DNA of 64,000 nucleotides from Candidatus Limimorpha sp. (GCA_045117495.1 JBGUNT010000089.1:75-64074); one strand, 5' to 3'; shown: positions 37,111-47,566, counted from the first letter of the stretch. The notes: generated by a model not told the origin, from the letters alone. Translations and numbers: made by a program.

Positions 37111-38142
37111 CTAAAGCAATCCTTCTTGCTTTTTGCTCCAAAACGTTTTGAAATCTTCATAGTTTTTCTGCAACAGCTTCGGAGTGTCCAACGAATATGG
37201 GCACTTCTCTCGACAGGTGTTGCAATGCTTGCATTGTTCAATCTGTTTCATCTTCTCTGCCCATTCCTCGGTGAGATACACACTTAAAGGCGCCCTGCGC
37301 AGGAACAAGCTCATGCGTGCGCAGTCGTTGATTTGGATGCCAGCTGGGCACGGCATGCAATAGCCACAGCCCCTACAGAAATCGCCTGCCAGCTCCTCGC
37401 GTTCTTTCTCGATCTTACGCCACGACGTCAGCGAAAGTTCTGGGGCCTGCTCTTGGTAGGAGATAAACTCGTCAAGCTCGCTCTCACGTTGTATACCCCA
37501 GATAGGCAGGGCATGGTCAAACTGGTTCAAAAAAGCATATGCCAAAGCCGAGTCGGTGATAAGGCCACCTGCCATCGCCTTCATGCAGATGAACCCCATA
37601 TTGTGCTTGTAGCAAGCCTCCACAATCTTCTGGTCTTCAAGTGACGAAAGGTATGAGAAAGGATACTGCAACGTGTCGTAGCAATCCCTTTCAATGGCTT
37701 CCATGGCCACCGACTGGCGGTGGTTACTGATGCCAATGAAACGTACCTTGCCTTGTCGCTTGGCCACCTTCATCGCATCATAAAGGCCTTGCTTGTCACC
37801 CGGACGAGGGCAATAGCTTGGATTGTGGAATTGATACACATCCAGGTAATCCGTGCGCAAATTGGTCAAAGTGGTATGAAGATCCTTCCAAAAATCCTCA
37901 ACGGTAGTAGCCGCCGTCTTGGAAGCAATGATCACCTTGTTGCGACGACCCTCGAAAGCGGCACCTATCTTCTCTTCGCTATCCGTATAGAAACGGGCCG
38001 TATCATAAAAATCGATACCATGATCGAAAGCCTTATGCAACAAGTAAACGGCCTCTTTTTCGCTGATCCTCTGAATAGGCAACGCACCAAAGCCATTCTT
38101 GTTCACTTTTAGGTTGGTCTTCCCTAACGTTATAATCTTCAT
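37111..38142 (-). CDS. aldo/keto reductase fused to a C-terminal 4Fe-4S ferredoxin-like domain
   Basis: AKR N-terminus (GFGALPIQR, DFYDTARFY). C-terminal Cys clusters CRGCGYCMPCP and CKHCNTCREKCP. Start moved to MKIITLG. Confidence 0.85.
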   Translation of the reverse strand: MKIITLGKTNLKVNKNGFGALPIQRISEKEAVYLLHKAFDHGIDFYDTARFYTDSEEKIGAAFEGRRNKVIIASKTAATTVEDFWKDLHTTLTNLRTDYLDVYQFHNPSYCPRPGDKQGLYDAMKVAKRQGKVRFIGISNHRQSVAMEAIERDCYDTLQYPFSYLSSLEDQKIVEACYKHNMGFICMKAMAGGLITDSALAYAFLNQFDHALPIWGIQRESELDEFISYQEQAPELSLTSWRKIEKEREELAGDFCRGCGYCMPCPAGIQINDCARMSLFLRRAPLSVYLTEEWAEKMKQIEQCKHCNTCREKCPYSLDTPKLLQKNYEDFKTFWSKKQEGLL

Positions 38143-38254
38143 ACCTAATTGATTTAAAAGCACAAAAATAATAAAAGTTTTTATATAATCCTGTCTTTCA
38201 GAAAAAAATAAATCCCAAGTGCCTGAAAAAGAGGCCTCGCAACCAAAAAAACTC

Positions 38255-38262
38255 TATCTTTG
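38255..38262 (+). promoter_or_regulatory. -7 box TATCTTTG
   Basis: 16 nt upstream of the aroQ ATG. Confidence 0.5.
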
Positions 38263-38277
38263 CAGCAAAAGAAAACC

Positions 38278-38691
38278 ATGGACATCCTCATCCTAAACGG
38301 GCCCAATCTCAACCTGTTAGGGAAACGCGAACCGGAGATATACGGCCACGTCTCCTTCGAGCAGTATCTGGCAACACTCCAAAGCCGATTCCCGCAGCAC
38401 CGGATGACCTATCGCCAATCGAACCACGAAGGTGTCCTTATCGATCTGCTCCAAGAGGCGGATGGACGATACGATGCCGTTGTGATGAACCCTGGTGCCT
38501 ATGCCCACACTTCCATCGCCTTGGCCGATTGCATCCGCGCCATCAGCATCCCTGTTGTCGAGGTGCACATCTCCGACATCAGCAAGCGGGAGCCTTACCG
38601 CCGCCATTCTTATACAGCAGAAGCCTGCCAAGCTTGTTTCTCAGGATTTGGCATGGAAAGCTACGATAAAGCCATTGATAGCCTTGGATAA
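38278..38691 (+). CDS. aroQ: type II 3-dehydroquinate dehydratase
   Basis: ILNGPNLNLLGKREPEIYG signature and HISD motif (VEVHISDI). Confidence 0.92.
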   Translation: MDILILNGPNLNLLGKREPEIYGHVSFEQYLATLQSRFPQHRMTYRQSNHEGVLIDLLQEADGRYDAVVMNPGAYAHTSIALADCIRAISIPVVEVHISDISKREPYRRHSYTAEACQACFSGFGMESYDKAIDSLG

Positions 38692-38696
38692 AAGGT

Positions 38697-39719
38697 TCAG
38701 GAGAAATCCTTTTCTTTCAATTCGCTGTACTTGTTCTTCTTCAGAACCATGCTGTCGAAAACGATGTTGCGTTGATAGACGCAGCTCGCCTTCTTATGCG
38801 TACCATTGGCACGATAAGCACGCAAGGCTTTCATGCGCTTGAAGAAGTCACGATGTGCCTTGAAGACCATCCTGAAGTCGCCGAAGCATCCTTCCAACAA
38901 AAACTTCAATGACGCCACCCAATCGAGGATCAGGCGGTAGGCGATGACGGGCCAGACATGCCCGTCGGGAAGGTTCTTCACCAAGAGTGAAAGGTTGTTC
39001 CTGAAATTGAGGTAAGTCTTGCGTGGCGAGTTCTTCGGCAACGTGCCGCCTCCGATATGATACACCTTCGAAGCGGGACAGCAGTAAATCTTGTAGCCGG
39101 CATTCTTCAGCCGCCAGCACAAGTCGATTTCCTCCATATGGGCGAAGAAGCTGTCGTCGAGACCGCCAATCTGCTTGTACAGGTCAGCCCTGACAAACAT
39201 GCAAGCGCCTGTGGCCCAAAAAACCTCCATGGGCTCATCATACTGCCCTTCGTCGTTCTCAAGGTTCTGAAACATGCGTCCACGGCAGAAAGGATAGCCG
39301 TACTTGTCGATGAAACCGCCACAAGCGCCGGCATACTCAAACTGTTCCTTATGGTAATACGACAAGATCTTCGGCTGACAGGCCGCAATCATCGGGTCGG
39401 AATCCATCAAGGCGATGACGGGCTCGATCCATTGAGGGACTACTTCGATATCGGAATTCAGCAGCACATAGTACTCGGACTCTATCTGCGCCAATGCGAG
39501 GTTGTAGCCCGTGGCAAAGCCGCCGTTGCTACCGTTTTCAATCAAACGGATCTCGGGGAAATGCGCTTGCATGAAAGCGACCGAATCGTCGGTAGAGGCA
39601 TTGTCGGCCACGACGACCTCCGCCAAAGCCGGGTCGCAGTTGGCAATCACCGTAGGAAGGAAACGTTCCAAGAACGTCTTCCCATTATAGTTCAATATGA
39701 CGACAGCCACTTTTTTCAT
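38697..39719 (-). CDS. family 2 glycosyltransferase
   Basis: N-terminal VAVVILNYNG, DNASTDDS and DxD-like segments typical of GT2. Confidence 0.85.
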   Translation of the reverse strand: MKKVAVVILNYNGKTFLERFLPTVIANCDPALAEVVVADNASTDDSVAFMQAHFPEIRLIENGSNGGFATGYNLALAQIESEYYVLLNSDIEVVPQWIEPVIALMDSDPMIAACQPKILSYYHKEQFEYAGACGGFIDKYGYPFCRGRMFQNLENDEGQYDEPMEVFWATGACMFVRADLYKQIGGLDDSFFAHMEEIDLCWRLKNAGYKIYCCPASKVYHIGGGTLPKNSPRKTYLNFRNNLSLLVKNLPDGHVWPVIAYRLILDWVASLKFLLEGCFGDFRMVFKAHRDFFKRMKALRAYRANGTHKKASCVYQRNIVFDSMVLKKNKYSELKEKDFS

Positions 39720-40606
39720 GCCTTTTCTGTATTTCTAACGTGCTTCCATCTACGATGCGACCAAAGCCAGTTGTCGGGTTGTTCGACAATCAAACGCTCC
39801 ACATGCCTCACGTATTGTTCCACAATTTCATTCTTTGCGGTTTCTTTCGGGTTGATGCTGACAGGATGCAAGGTCACCTCATAGCGTCCCCTTCCCTGTC
39901 GCGACATCTCCACGAAGACCACTGCATAGTCCAGAAGCTTGGCCATACGTTCCAGCCCCGTAAACCAGCATGTCTCGCGATGGAGAAACTCCGTCCAATA
40001 ATCGCTCTCAACCCCTCTTGGCGACTGGTCGGCGACGATCAGGCATGCCGTGGGGATACCTTTGCGTTCCGCCAAGCCTCTCAAAGCCACATCAGCCTCC
40101 AGCATATATTCCTTGTCGGTGCGATTGAGCTGGCGTATCTTCAACATGAAAGCGTCCAGATAAGGGTCGTGGAGCCGCTTGTAGATGCCCGTGCTCTTGT
40201 GATCCGACAAGGTGCGCATCAACATGCCGACCCACTCCCAGTTGCCCGAATGGGGCGAGGCAAAGAAAACGCTTTTCCGCTGTTCATAGAGCTCCTCGAT
40301 CAGTTCAGGATTCGTGAACGTCACCCGCTGACGCAAGTCTTCTAGGCTAACATGCAACATCTTACAAGTCTCCAAAGCCACGTCACACATGTTTCTATAG
40401 AAACGTTTCTCTATAGCTTTCAGCTCCTTGCGACTTTTTTCAGGAAACGACTGTTGCAGGTTCTCCCTTACCACCTTCCTGCGGTAACGAACCACATGAT
40501 ACAACATGAATGCGTAAAAGTCGGACCTCAGGTAGAGCAGGCGAAATGGCGTATAGGCCACCCCATAAGCCCACAGCTTTGCCAGAAGGAAACCGACCTT
40601 GCCCAT
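39716..40606 (-). CDS. lysophospholipid/lipid A (LpxL-like) acyltransferase-family protein
   Basis: HSGNWEW acyltransferase motif. 4-nt overlap with the downstream GT2 gene. Confidence 0.78.
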   Translation of the reverse strand: MGKVGFLLAKLWAYGVAYTPFRLLYLRSDFYAFMLYHVVRYRRKVVRENLQQSFPEKSRKELKAIEKRFYRNMCDVALETCKMLHVSLEDLRQRVTFTNPELIEELYEQRKSVFFASPHSGNWEWVGMLMRTLSDHKSTGIYKRLHDPYLDAFMLKIRQLNRTDKEYMLEADVALRGLAERKGIPTACLIVADQSPRGVESDYWTEFLHRETCWFTGLERMAKLLDYAVVFVEMSRQGRGRYEVTLHPVSINPKETAKNEIVEQYVRHVERLIVEQPDNWLWSHRRWKHVRNTEKA

Positions 40607-40612
40607 AACGGA

Positions 40613-42091
40613 TTATCTCGGGTTGTTGTACAAGTCGCCCGCATGCGAGCCCCAGCCCTTCTCGTATTCGGTTTGGTCGACACCCTGGTCATAGCCCTCG
40701 CCATAGATACGGGAATAGATCTCGAGCTGCCAGCGGTAGTTGTTGATCTCGCCCACCACATCGGAGTGAATCAGATGGTAGTCGTTGGTTGAGTTGTCTT
40801 TCGACATGAACACAAAATGCTTGTTGCGTTGGTTGGCCACTTGGTAATAATGCCAGATCTCGTAAGGATAGGCGCCTGGCTCGTTGGGGCTTTCCACGAT
40901 CTTGTCGGGTTGTCCGTATTTGAGGAACACATAGCCTCTGTCGGTACGATAGCCTGGATATGAGGTGGTCTTGAACGACATGTTGACACGCTTGACGGCA
41001 TTCAGATAGTCATTCCATGCAAAGCTTGGGTTCAAAGGAGCACGCGAGCTCCAGAAGTTCAGGAAAAACTGCTGCATGGTCTTAAGGTCGTCGGTCTTCA
41101 CCAGTCCAGCGGTATAGTCACGCTCAGCCTCCGAACAGATCGGGTCGAGGTAGCGGATATACTGGCGCAAGGTATCTATGTTATTGATTTGCGAGACAAA
41201 GGAATTGGTGATGTTGACGGCGGCGATGTTCGACATGTCGTAGCCCACGCCTGGGTTGCTGCGTTGGAAGAAGGCGCTATGCGAACATATCAAGGCATTG
41301 GAGCGGTCGCGCATCTCGACGACAAGGTAATAGTTGCCAGACGGCAGCTCTGTGATGTCGAGCGTGTTGAGCAGGATGTTGACATTGTCCACATCAAGGC
41401 GTTGCCCATAGCTGAATTCCGGCAGCTTCATCATCGACTCGCTAGCCTCGATATAGTAATTGACGAGGTATTTGCCGTCCTCGTGGATCTTGTTGCTGTT
41501 GTACAATTCGACATAGAACTTCAACTTGTCATCGTTGACGCCATAGAATGGATAGACACGAGGCAGGAAGTCCATGCCGCTCTTGGTGCAAGAGGTCGGC
41601 TTCTCAGCCTTTTGGTAGCTGTCGAACAGCAGGATATCCGAGATGCCTGGTAGGCCATCCTTGTAATCCACCGTCACCGTGACCATGTCTTTTGAAGGCC
41701 TGCTGTTGGCATTCAAGTCCCTGACTTCGATATCCATCTCGTACTCACCGTTGGGCAACGAGAAGCGCTGCTGATCGATGAAAGCACCGTCTAGCGCGGT
41801 GGTGTCGGTCACTACGGGGCTGTCGAGGGCAATTTTGGAATAGTTGCAGATCAACGAGTCGCCGGCGTGGCGGAAAGTAGTAGTGATTTCGACCGTGGCC
41901 TTGAACTTGCCAGGTTCGAATTCCTTATATACGGCAGACCTGCATTCGAATGCCAAGGCGTTCTCCACGTAAGGCGTGGTGCCGGGCAGGTCATATACCG
42001 TGGTCGACAGATAAGGTTTCAACATCTTCACCTGCGCCTCGCCCATGAACGGCAGCAGGAAAAGAGGGAATAACAAGAGTAGTTTTTTCAT
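40613..42091 (-). CDS. GWxTD-domain secreted protein
   Basis: Signal peptide. C-terminal segment [20 protein letters not shown]...YEIWHY is typical of the GWxTD family. Confidence 0.65.
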   Translation of the reverse strand: MKKLLLLFPLFLLPFMGEAQVKMLKPYLSTTVYDLPGTTPYVENALAFECRSAVYKEFEPGKFKATVEITTTFRHAGDSLICNYSKIALDSPVVTDTTALDGAFIDQQRFSLPNGEYEMDIEVRDLNANSRPSKDMVTVTVDYKDGLPGISDILLFDSYQKAEKPTSCTKSGMDFLPRVYPFYGVNDDKLKFYVELYNSNKIHEDGKYLVNYYIEASESMMKLPEFSYGQRLDVDNVNILLNTLDITELPSGNYYLVVEMRDRSNALICSHSAFFQRSNPGVGYDMSNIAAVNITNSFVSQINNIDTLRQYIRYLDPICSEAERDYTAGLVKTDDLKTMQQFFLNFWSSRAPLNPSFAWNDYLNAVKRVNMSFKTTSYPGYRTDRGYVFLKYGQPDKIVESPNEPGAYPYEIWHYYQVANQRNKHFVFMSKDNSTNDYHLIHSDVVGEINNYRWQLEIYSRIYGEGYDQGVDQTEYEKGWGSHAGDLYNNPR

Positions 42092-42162
42092 TTTCGTTCA
42101 GTATTGGAGCACAAAAATAACAAAATTTTGCCAATAAAGTGTTACACGAACTAGATTTTTTG

Positions 42163-42170
42163 TACTTTTG
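42163..42170 (+). promoter_or_regulatory. -7 box TACTTTTG for the tRNA-Ser pair
   Basis: Ends 5 nt before the mature 5' end of the first tRNA. Confidence 0.55.
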
Positions 42171-42174
42171 CAGC

Positions 42175-42262
42175 GGAGATATGGCTGAGTGGTCGATAGC
42201 GGCGGTCTTGAAAACCGTTAAGCCGAAAGGCTTCGGGGGTTCGAATCCCTCTGTCTCCGCCA
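42175..42262 (+). tRNA. tRNA-Ser (anticodon TGA), CCA encoded
   Basis: Acceptor GGAGATA pairs with TGTCTCC. Anticodon loop CTTGAAA. Long variable arm. T-loop GGTTCGAATCC. Confidence 0.92.
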
Positions 42263-42296
42263 AGCGGCAATTGTCGCTTTCTTTTTTTCCTGTTTT

Positions 42297-42382
42297 GGAG
42301 AGATGCCGGAGTGGTCGATCGGGGCGGTCTCGAAAACCGTTGAACGCTTTGCGTTCCAAGGGTTCGAATCCCTTTCTCTCCG
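42297..42382 (+). tRNA. tRNA-Ser (anticodon CGA)
   Basis: Acceptor GGAGAGA pairs with TCTCTCC. Anticodon loop CTCGAAA. Long variable arm. T-loop GGTTCGAATCC. Confidence 0.92.
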
Positions 42383-42385
42383 CAA

Positions 42386-42416
42386 CAAAAAAGCCAGCAA
42401 AATTGCTGGCTTTTTG
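42386..42416 (+). terminator. intrinsic terminator after the tRNA pair
   Basis: Hairpin AGCCAGCAAAATTGCTGGCT followed by a T-run. Confidence 0.85.
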
Positions 42417-42439
42417 TTTTCATATTATCGCAAAAAATG

Positions 42440-42447
42440 TATTTTTG
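42440..42447 (+). promoter_or_regulatory. -7 box TATTTTTG
   Basis: 34 nt upstream of the ATG at 42481. Confidence 0.5.
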
Positions 42448-42480
42448 CATCTTCATCAATTGTCAAAAAACACCCTTTCT

Positions 42481-42972
42481 ATGAAACACTATTTGAAACA
42501 TGCATTTATGCTTTTCGCATTGGCGATGGGCTTATCTGCCTTGTCGTATGCACAAAGCACCGACGTGCTTCTTGTGGTCAAGACGAATGACGGGCAAGAG
42601 ATCTCCCATGAAATGTCGAGCGAATCAAGATTCTATTTTGAAGACAACGCCTACCTCGTCATCGAAGACATGGTTGGCAATCGCGCCATAGCAAGATATG
42701 CTTTGGCCGACATACAAAAAATCACCTGTCAAGAGACGACAGGCACCTCAGAAACAGAAGAAGTCATGGCCGTATACCCCAACCCTGTTCACGACTCCAT
42801 GGTGCTATTGCACTTCGAAGGAGCCCAAACCATCAACATCTACGCCGTCGACGGACGCCTGATGCGCTCCGCAGTGGTCAGTAGGGGGCAAGCCATCGAC
42901 GTCTCAGACTTCCCCGCCGGCTTGTACCTCGTCAAGACACAACAACAGACCCTTAAAATGATCAAGCTATGA
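42481..42972 (+). CDS. small secreted protein with T9SS C-terminal sorting domain
   Basis: Signal peptide ending SYAQ. C-terminus VYPNPVHDSMVLL...GLYLVKTQQQTLKMIKL. The longer ORF from 42139 runs through the tRNA genes and is rejected. Confidence 0.65.
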   Translation: MKHYLKHAFMLFALAMGLSALSYAQSTDVLLVVKTNDGQEISHEMSSESRFYFEDNAYLVIEDMVGNRAIARYALADIQKITCQETTGTSETEEVMAVYPNPVHDSMVLLHFEGAQTINIYAVDGRLMRSAVVSRGQAIDVSDFPAGLYLVKTQQQTLKMIKL

Positions 42973-45251
42973 GAAAGACCTTATTAATATTGGGCCTGCT
43001 GATAGCATGCAAGGGCCTGTACGCACAAGACTACCATATCAACCTGCATAGCAATGGCTCTGTGGTATACAACAACGACGTGAACGACATCAACGACATC
43101 CGTTTCCAAGGAAGCCAGCCTGCCAACATGCTCATCAACGCGGGCGGTAGTTTCGGCTCCTTCCCTATCACCAGTTTTGACAGCATCACGTTTATCCTAC
43201 AAGAACCCCCTGCGGGCGATGTGGTATACATCACCTACAACGGCTCGGGCGTGGATATCATCAATCCATTCAGCGACAGCGGCGTAAGCATCAGCACAAA
43301 TGCAACCAACGTTACCGTAAACTCTACCAAGGCCAATGTGCCTTACGTCGTCTCTGGTTCTTCCGACGATGGCTCGCTGACGATGTATAGCTCTTCATCT
43401 TTCAACTTGACACTCAGCGCTTTGTCGCTAGCAAGCAACACCACTGCCGCCATCAACATATCCTCACCAGTGGATGTCACACTCGCCGTCGAAGGCACCT
43501 GCACTCTCGCCGACGGTGCCAACAGCAGTGCCAATGCAGCTTTATATGCTATGGGCAACCTCACCTATGAAGGGGACGGCATCTTGCGTGTCACTGGCAA
43601 CGCCAAACATGGCATCTTGGTCGATGGCATCTTAACCGTCAACAACGGCGAAATCGACATCATAAACACCGACAGCGACGGCATCCACGGTAGTAGCAAC
43701 CTCATTTGGAATGATGGAACGCTTAACATTGCCTCTGCCGGAAGCGATGGTCTCGACATTTCTGGTGACGTTACCATACAAAGCGGCGACCTCAGCATCC
43801 ATACCACTGCCGAAAGCCAAAGAGGCATCAAAGTGTCGGGCATCTTCACCATGAACGACGGCACGTTGACCATCCACAACAGCGGCCAGGACGGCAAAGG
43901 CATCAAAGGTGACGGTCTCATCAACATCAACGGTGGCCACCTCACCATCGAGCATTCGGGCGACATGTCGAAAGGCATCAAATGTGACGCCGACATCACC
44001 ATCACGGGCGGCACTTTCGACATCACGTCTTCGGGCAGCACCGTCTTGGAAACGGTCGACGGACAAAACGTGCCCGCCTACTGCACCGCCATCAAGTGCG
44101 ACACCGACATCCACATCACAGGCGGTGACTTCACCATCACCCTGCCCACCACCAACCATGGCGGCAAGGGTATCAGCGCCGACGGCAACCTGACCATCGA
44201 CGGCGGCACCTTCGTCATCACCACACAAGGTAATGGTGCCTCCTACACCGTCAGCGGGAACACCAAAGACGCCTACACCTCTGCCTGCCTACGTTCCGAC
44301 GGCAACATGAGCATCCTTTCAGGCCAAATTACCCTCAACAGTTCAGGTACAGGTGGAAAAGGCATCAACGTGGGTGACGACGACCACACCACCTCTACGC
44401 TGACACTCGGCACACAAGGCGGCAACGACGACGGCCTCATCCTCAACGTGACCACCAGCGGTGAGCGCATCACCATCACGAGTGGCGGCGGCGGTCCCTG
44501 GGGCGGTGGCGACTATGCCAACCCGAAGGGCATCAAGAGCCGTGGCAACCTGACCATCAACAGCGGCACCATCACCGTGAACTGCACCCAAAACAACGAA
44601 GGCGGCGAGTGCATCGAGAGCAAGTCCACCTTGACCATCAACGGCGGCCACATCGAGACCTACTCAAAGACTGACGACCCCATCAACGCGGCACAAAATC
44701 TCACCATCAATGGTGGCACCGTCTACTCGCACAGCGACAACAACGATGGCATCGACTCAAACGGCACCATGTTCCTCAACGGTGGCTTTGTCATCTCCAA
44801 CGGCGCACGCCAACCCGAAGAAGGCTTCGACTGCGACAACAACCAGTTCAAGATCACAGGAGGCACCCACATAGGCACCGGTGGCGGCACCAGCAACCCC
44901 ACGCAAAACGTCTGCACCCAACCCACCCTAAAAATCAACACGCAACCTGGCTACGCCATCCAAATCACCAAGTCAGACGGCACCGTCATTTGCACCTACC
45001 AATGCCCGCAATTCACCGGTGGCGGCGGTGGCGGTCCTGGATGGGGCAGCAGCATGGTCATGCTCTTCACCGACCCACAGCTACAGACTGGCCAGAGCTA
45101 CACCGTAAGATACAACGGCACCATCAGCGGCGGCACCAACTGGAACGGCTACTATACAGGTAACGTCACCTACTCGGGCGGCAGCCAGACTACGGTCAAC
45201 GTCAACTCGATGGTCACCACAGTAAGCGCCGGAGGCGGTGGAGGCTGGTAA
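42969..45251 (+). CDS. secreted parallel beta-helix protein (Cthe_2159-like carbohydrate-binding family)
   Basis: Signal peptide. More than 15 repeats of the form G.GI...G.L.I.GG.L.I.S..DG(I/L). Gly runs near the C-terminus. ATG overlaps the upstream stop (ATGA). Confidence 0.6.
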   Translation: MRKTLLILGLLIACKGLYAQDYHINLHSNGSVVYNNDVNDINDIRFQGSQPANMLINAGGSFGSFPITSFDSITFILQEPPAGDVVYITYNGSGVDIINPFSDSGVSISTNATNVTVNSTKANVPYVVSGSSDDGSLTMYSSSSFNLTLSALSLASNTTAAINISSPVDVTLAVEGTCTLADGANSSANAALYAMGNLTYEGDGILRVTGNAKHGILVDGILTVNNGEIDIINTDSDGIHGSSNLIWNDGTLNIASAGSDGLDISGDVTIQSGDLSIHTTAESQRGIKVSGIFTMNDGTLTIHNSGQDGKGIKGDGLININGGHLTIEHSGDMSKGIKCDADITITGGTFDITSSGSTVLETVDGQNVPAYCTAIKCDTDIHITGGDFTITLPTTNHGGKGISADGNLTIDGGTFVITTQGNGASYTVSGNTKDAYTSACLRSDGNMSILSGQITLNSSGTGGKGINVGDDDHTTSTLTLGTQGGNDDGLILNVTTSGERITITSGGGGPWGGGDYANPKGIKSRGNLTINSGTITVNCTQNNEGGECIESKSTLTINGGHIETYSKTDDPINAAQNLTINGGTVYSHSDNNDGIDSNGTMFLNGGFVISNGARQPEEGFDCDNNQFKITGGTHIGTGGGTSNPTQNVCTQPTLKINTQPGYAIQITKSDGTVICTYQCPQFTGGGGGGPGWGSSMVMLFTDPQLQTGQSYTVRYNGTISGGTNWNGYYTGNVTYSGGSQTTVNVNSMVTTVSAGGGGGW

Positions 45252-45280
45252 CAAGAATTCAATCCATAAACAAACATAAC

Positions 45281-47407
45281 ATGTCAAAAAAACTCTTACA
45301 CGTGATCGCTTTAAGTATCATCGCATTAAGCGCTTGCGACAACAAGCAGGCAAAACAAGAGGAGGCTCCTGCAGCCAACCCCTTCCTGACCGAATACACA
45401 ACGCCCTTCCAGGTGCCACCGTTCGACCAAATCAAGAATGAACACTATATGCCTGCCTTCGAAGCCGGCATCAAAGAACAACAAGGCGAGATAGACGCCA
45501 TCGTCAACAACGCCGAGACGCCGACCTTCGAGAACACCATCCTGCCCTTCGACAAGTCGGGCCAGACCCTCGACCGCGTCAGCAACGTGTTCTTCAACCT
45601 CAACGAATGCCTCACCAACGACGAGATGATCGCCATCGCCGAGCAGGTATTGCCCATGCTCTCGAAACATAGCGACGCCATCATGATGAACCCGAAACTC
45701 TTCGAGCGCATCGACTACGTCTACCAGCACCGCAACGAGATGGGCCTCGACGACCAGCAGATCCGCGTGGTGGAGAAGTACCATCAGGACTTCATCCGCA
45801 GCGGCGCCGGCCTGAATGCAGAGCAACAAGCCGAGCTGAGCCAAATCAACGAGCAACTCTCCACGCTAAGCTTGCAATTCGGCAACAACCTGCTGAAGGA
45901 AAATGCAGGCTACAAACTCGTCATCGAAGATGAAAAAGACCTCGCCGGTCTGCCGCAGACCAGCATCGACGCCGCTGCCGAGCAAGCCAAGGCTGACGAC
46001 ATGGAAGGTAAGTGGGTGTTCACCCTCAGCAAGCCCAGCCTCATCCCCTTCCTGCAGTTTGCCGACAACCGCGACCTGCGCGAAAAGATGTACAAAGCCT
46101 ACTACAACCGCGGCGACAACAACAACGAATACGACAACAAGAAGCTCATCAACGAGATGTGCAAGCTGCGCGTGCAGAAAGCCAAGCTCTTCGGCTATAA
46201 CAACTATGCCGACTACGTCCTTGCCGTCAACATGGCACAAGACTCCAAGACGGTGGACAAGTTCCTCATCGACATCTTCAACCCTGCCCAGCAGCTCGCC
46301 AAGAGAGAACTCGCCGAGATGCAAGCCATCGCCGACGCCGAAGGCGCTGGCATCAAGCTTGAAGGCTGGGACTGGTGGTACTACGCAGAGAAGCTCCGCA
46401 AGGCCAAATACGACTTCGACGAGAACTACATCAAGCCTTACCTGACCGTTGACAATGTGCGCAACGGCATGTTCACGGCTGCCAATAAGCTGTATGGCAT
46501 CACCTTCACGCAAAACACCAATCTGCCTGTCTATTATCCGGGCGTGGAGACCTACGAGGTGAAGGAAGCCAACGGCGACTTCCTCGGCATCCTCTACATG
46601 GACTATTATCCGCGCGACTCGAAGAGCGGCGGTGCCTGGTGCACCAGCTTCCGCGAGAGCGGCTACGACATCGAAGGCAACAAGGTCTATCCCGTCGTCT
46701 CCTTGGTGATGAACTTCACCCCTGCCTCGGGCGACACCCCTGCCCTGCTCACTTGGGACGAGACCGAGACCATGTGGCATGAGTTCGGTCACTCGCTGCA
46801 TGCCTTCTTCAGCGACGGCCTCTACGACCGCACCTGTGGCAACGTGCCCCACGACTATGTGGAGATGCCCTCGCAAATCATGGAGAACTGGGTCGCCGAG
46901 CCCGAGGTCATCCGCATGTACGCCAAGCACTACCAGACTGGCGAGGTCATGCCCGACAGCCTCATCAACAAGATCGAGAACAGTGCCTTGTTCAACCAAG
47001 GCTTCATGACCACCGAGCTTATCGCCGCCTCCATCCTCGACATGAAATACCACGAGCTGACCGAGCCACAGGACCTCGACGTCGATGCCTTCGAGAAGCA
47101 GCAGATGGACGCCATCGGCCTGATGCCCGAGATCTTGCCGCGTTACCGCAGCACCAACTTCAGCCACATCTTCAACGGTGGCTACAGCGCCGGTTACTAC
47201 GCATACACCTGGGCTGAGGTGCTCGACAAGGACGCCTTCAACTACTTCAAGACCTCTGGCAACCTCTTCAATCCTGAGTTGGCCGCCTCGTTCAGGAAGA
47301 ACTGTCTGCAGGAATGCGGCAATGACGAAGGCATGGTGCAGTACCGCAAGTTCCGCGGCCAGGACCCGGACTATGAGCCTTATTTGAAGGCCCGCGGACT
47401 GAAGTAA
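45281..47407 (+). CDS. dcp: M3-family peptidyl-dipeptidase
   Basis: Lipoprotein-like N-terminus. Zinc motif WHEFGHSLH with downstream E. Overall M3A architecture. Confidence 0.9.
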   Translation: MSKKLLHVIALSIIALSACDNKQAKQEEAPAANPFLTEYTTPFQVPPFDQIKNEHYMPAFEAGIKEQQGEIDAIVNNAETPTFENTILPFDKSGQTLDRVSNVFFNLNECLTNDEMIAIAEQVLPMLSKHSDAIMMNPKLFERIDYVYQHRNEMGLDDQQIRVVEKYHQDFIRSGAGLNAEQQAELSQINEQLSTLSLQFGNNLLKENAGYKLVIEDEKDLAGLPQTSIDAAAEQAKADDMEGKWVFTLSKPSLIPFLQFADNRDLREKMYKAYYNRGDNNNEYDNKKLINEMCKLRVQKAKLFGYNNYADYVLAVNMAQDSKTVDKFLIDIFNPAQQLAKRELAEMQAIADAEGAGIKLEGWDWWYYAEKLRKAKYDFDENYIKPYLTVDNVRNGMFTAANKLYGITFTQNTNLPVYYPGVETYEVKEANGDFLGILYMDYYPRDSKSGGAWCTSFRESGYDIEGNKVYPVVSLVMNFTPASGDTPALLTWDETETMWHEFGHSLHAFFSDGLYDRTCGNVPHDYVEMPSQIMENWVAEPEVIRMYAKHYQTGEVMPDSLINKIENSALFNQGFMTTELIAASILDMKYHELTEPQDLDVDAFEKQQMDAIGLMPEILPRYRSTNFSHIFNGGYSAGYYAYTWAEVLDKDAFNYFKTSGNLFNPELAASFRKNCLQECGNDEGMVQYRKFRGQDPDYEPYLKARGLK

Positions 47408-47413
47408 TCTGAT

Positions 47414-47543
47414 GAGATTCCCTGCGGGAATGGAGCAAATGTGCTAGTAAACAAGCGGCGGCTTGTGACGTTTACGACCTGTAAGCGTTACTTGCCGCCG
47501 CGGTTTACATTATGATCATAACTCCATTCCCGAAGGGAATCTC
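47414..47543. repeat. 130-nt composite palindrome: two inverted family-D hairpins flanking an internally self-complementary core
   Basis: GAGATTCCCTGCGGGAATGGAG (47414-47435) is the reverse complement of CTCCATTCCCGAAGGGAATCTC (47522-47543) except in the loop. The inner pair is GTAAACAAGCGGCGGC and GCCGCCGCGGTTTAC. Confidence 0.75.
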
Positions 47544-47566
47544 AACTCTAGGCATCGCCCACACAC

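Noticed and set aside
42139-42480. N-terminal extension of ORF 42139-42972, and the minus-strand ORFs 41991-42359, 42151-42459 and 42218-42400.
   Set aside because: They run through two well-formed tRNA-Ser genes and their terminator. The real CDS starts at the signal-peptide Met at 42481, which has its own -7 box.
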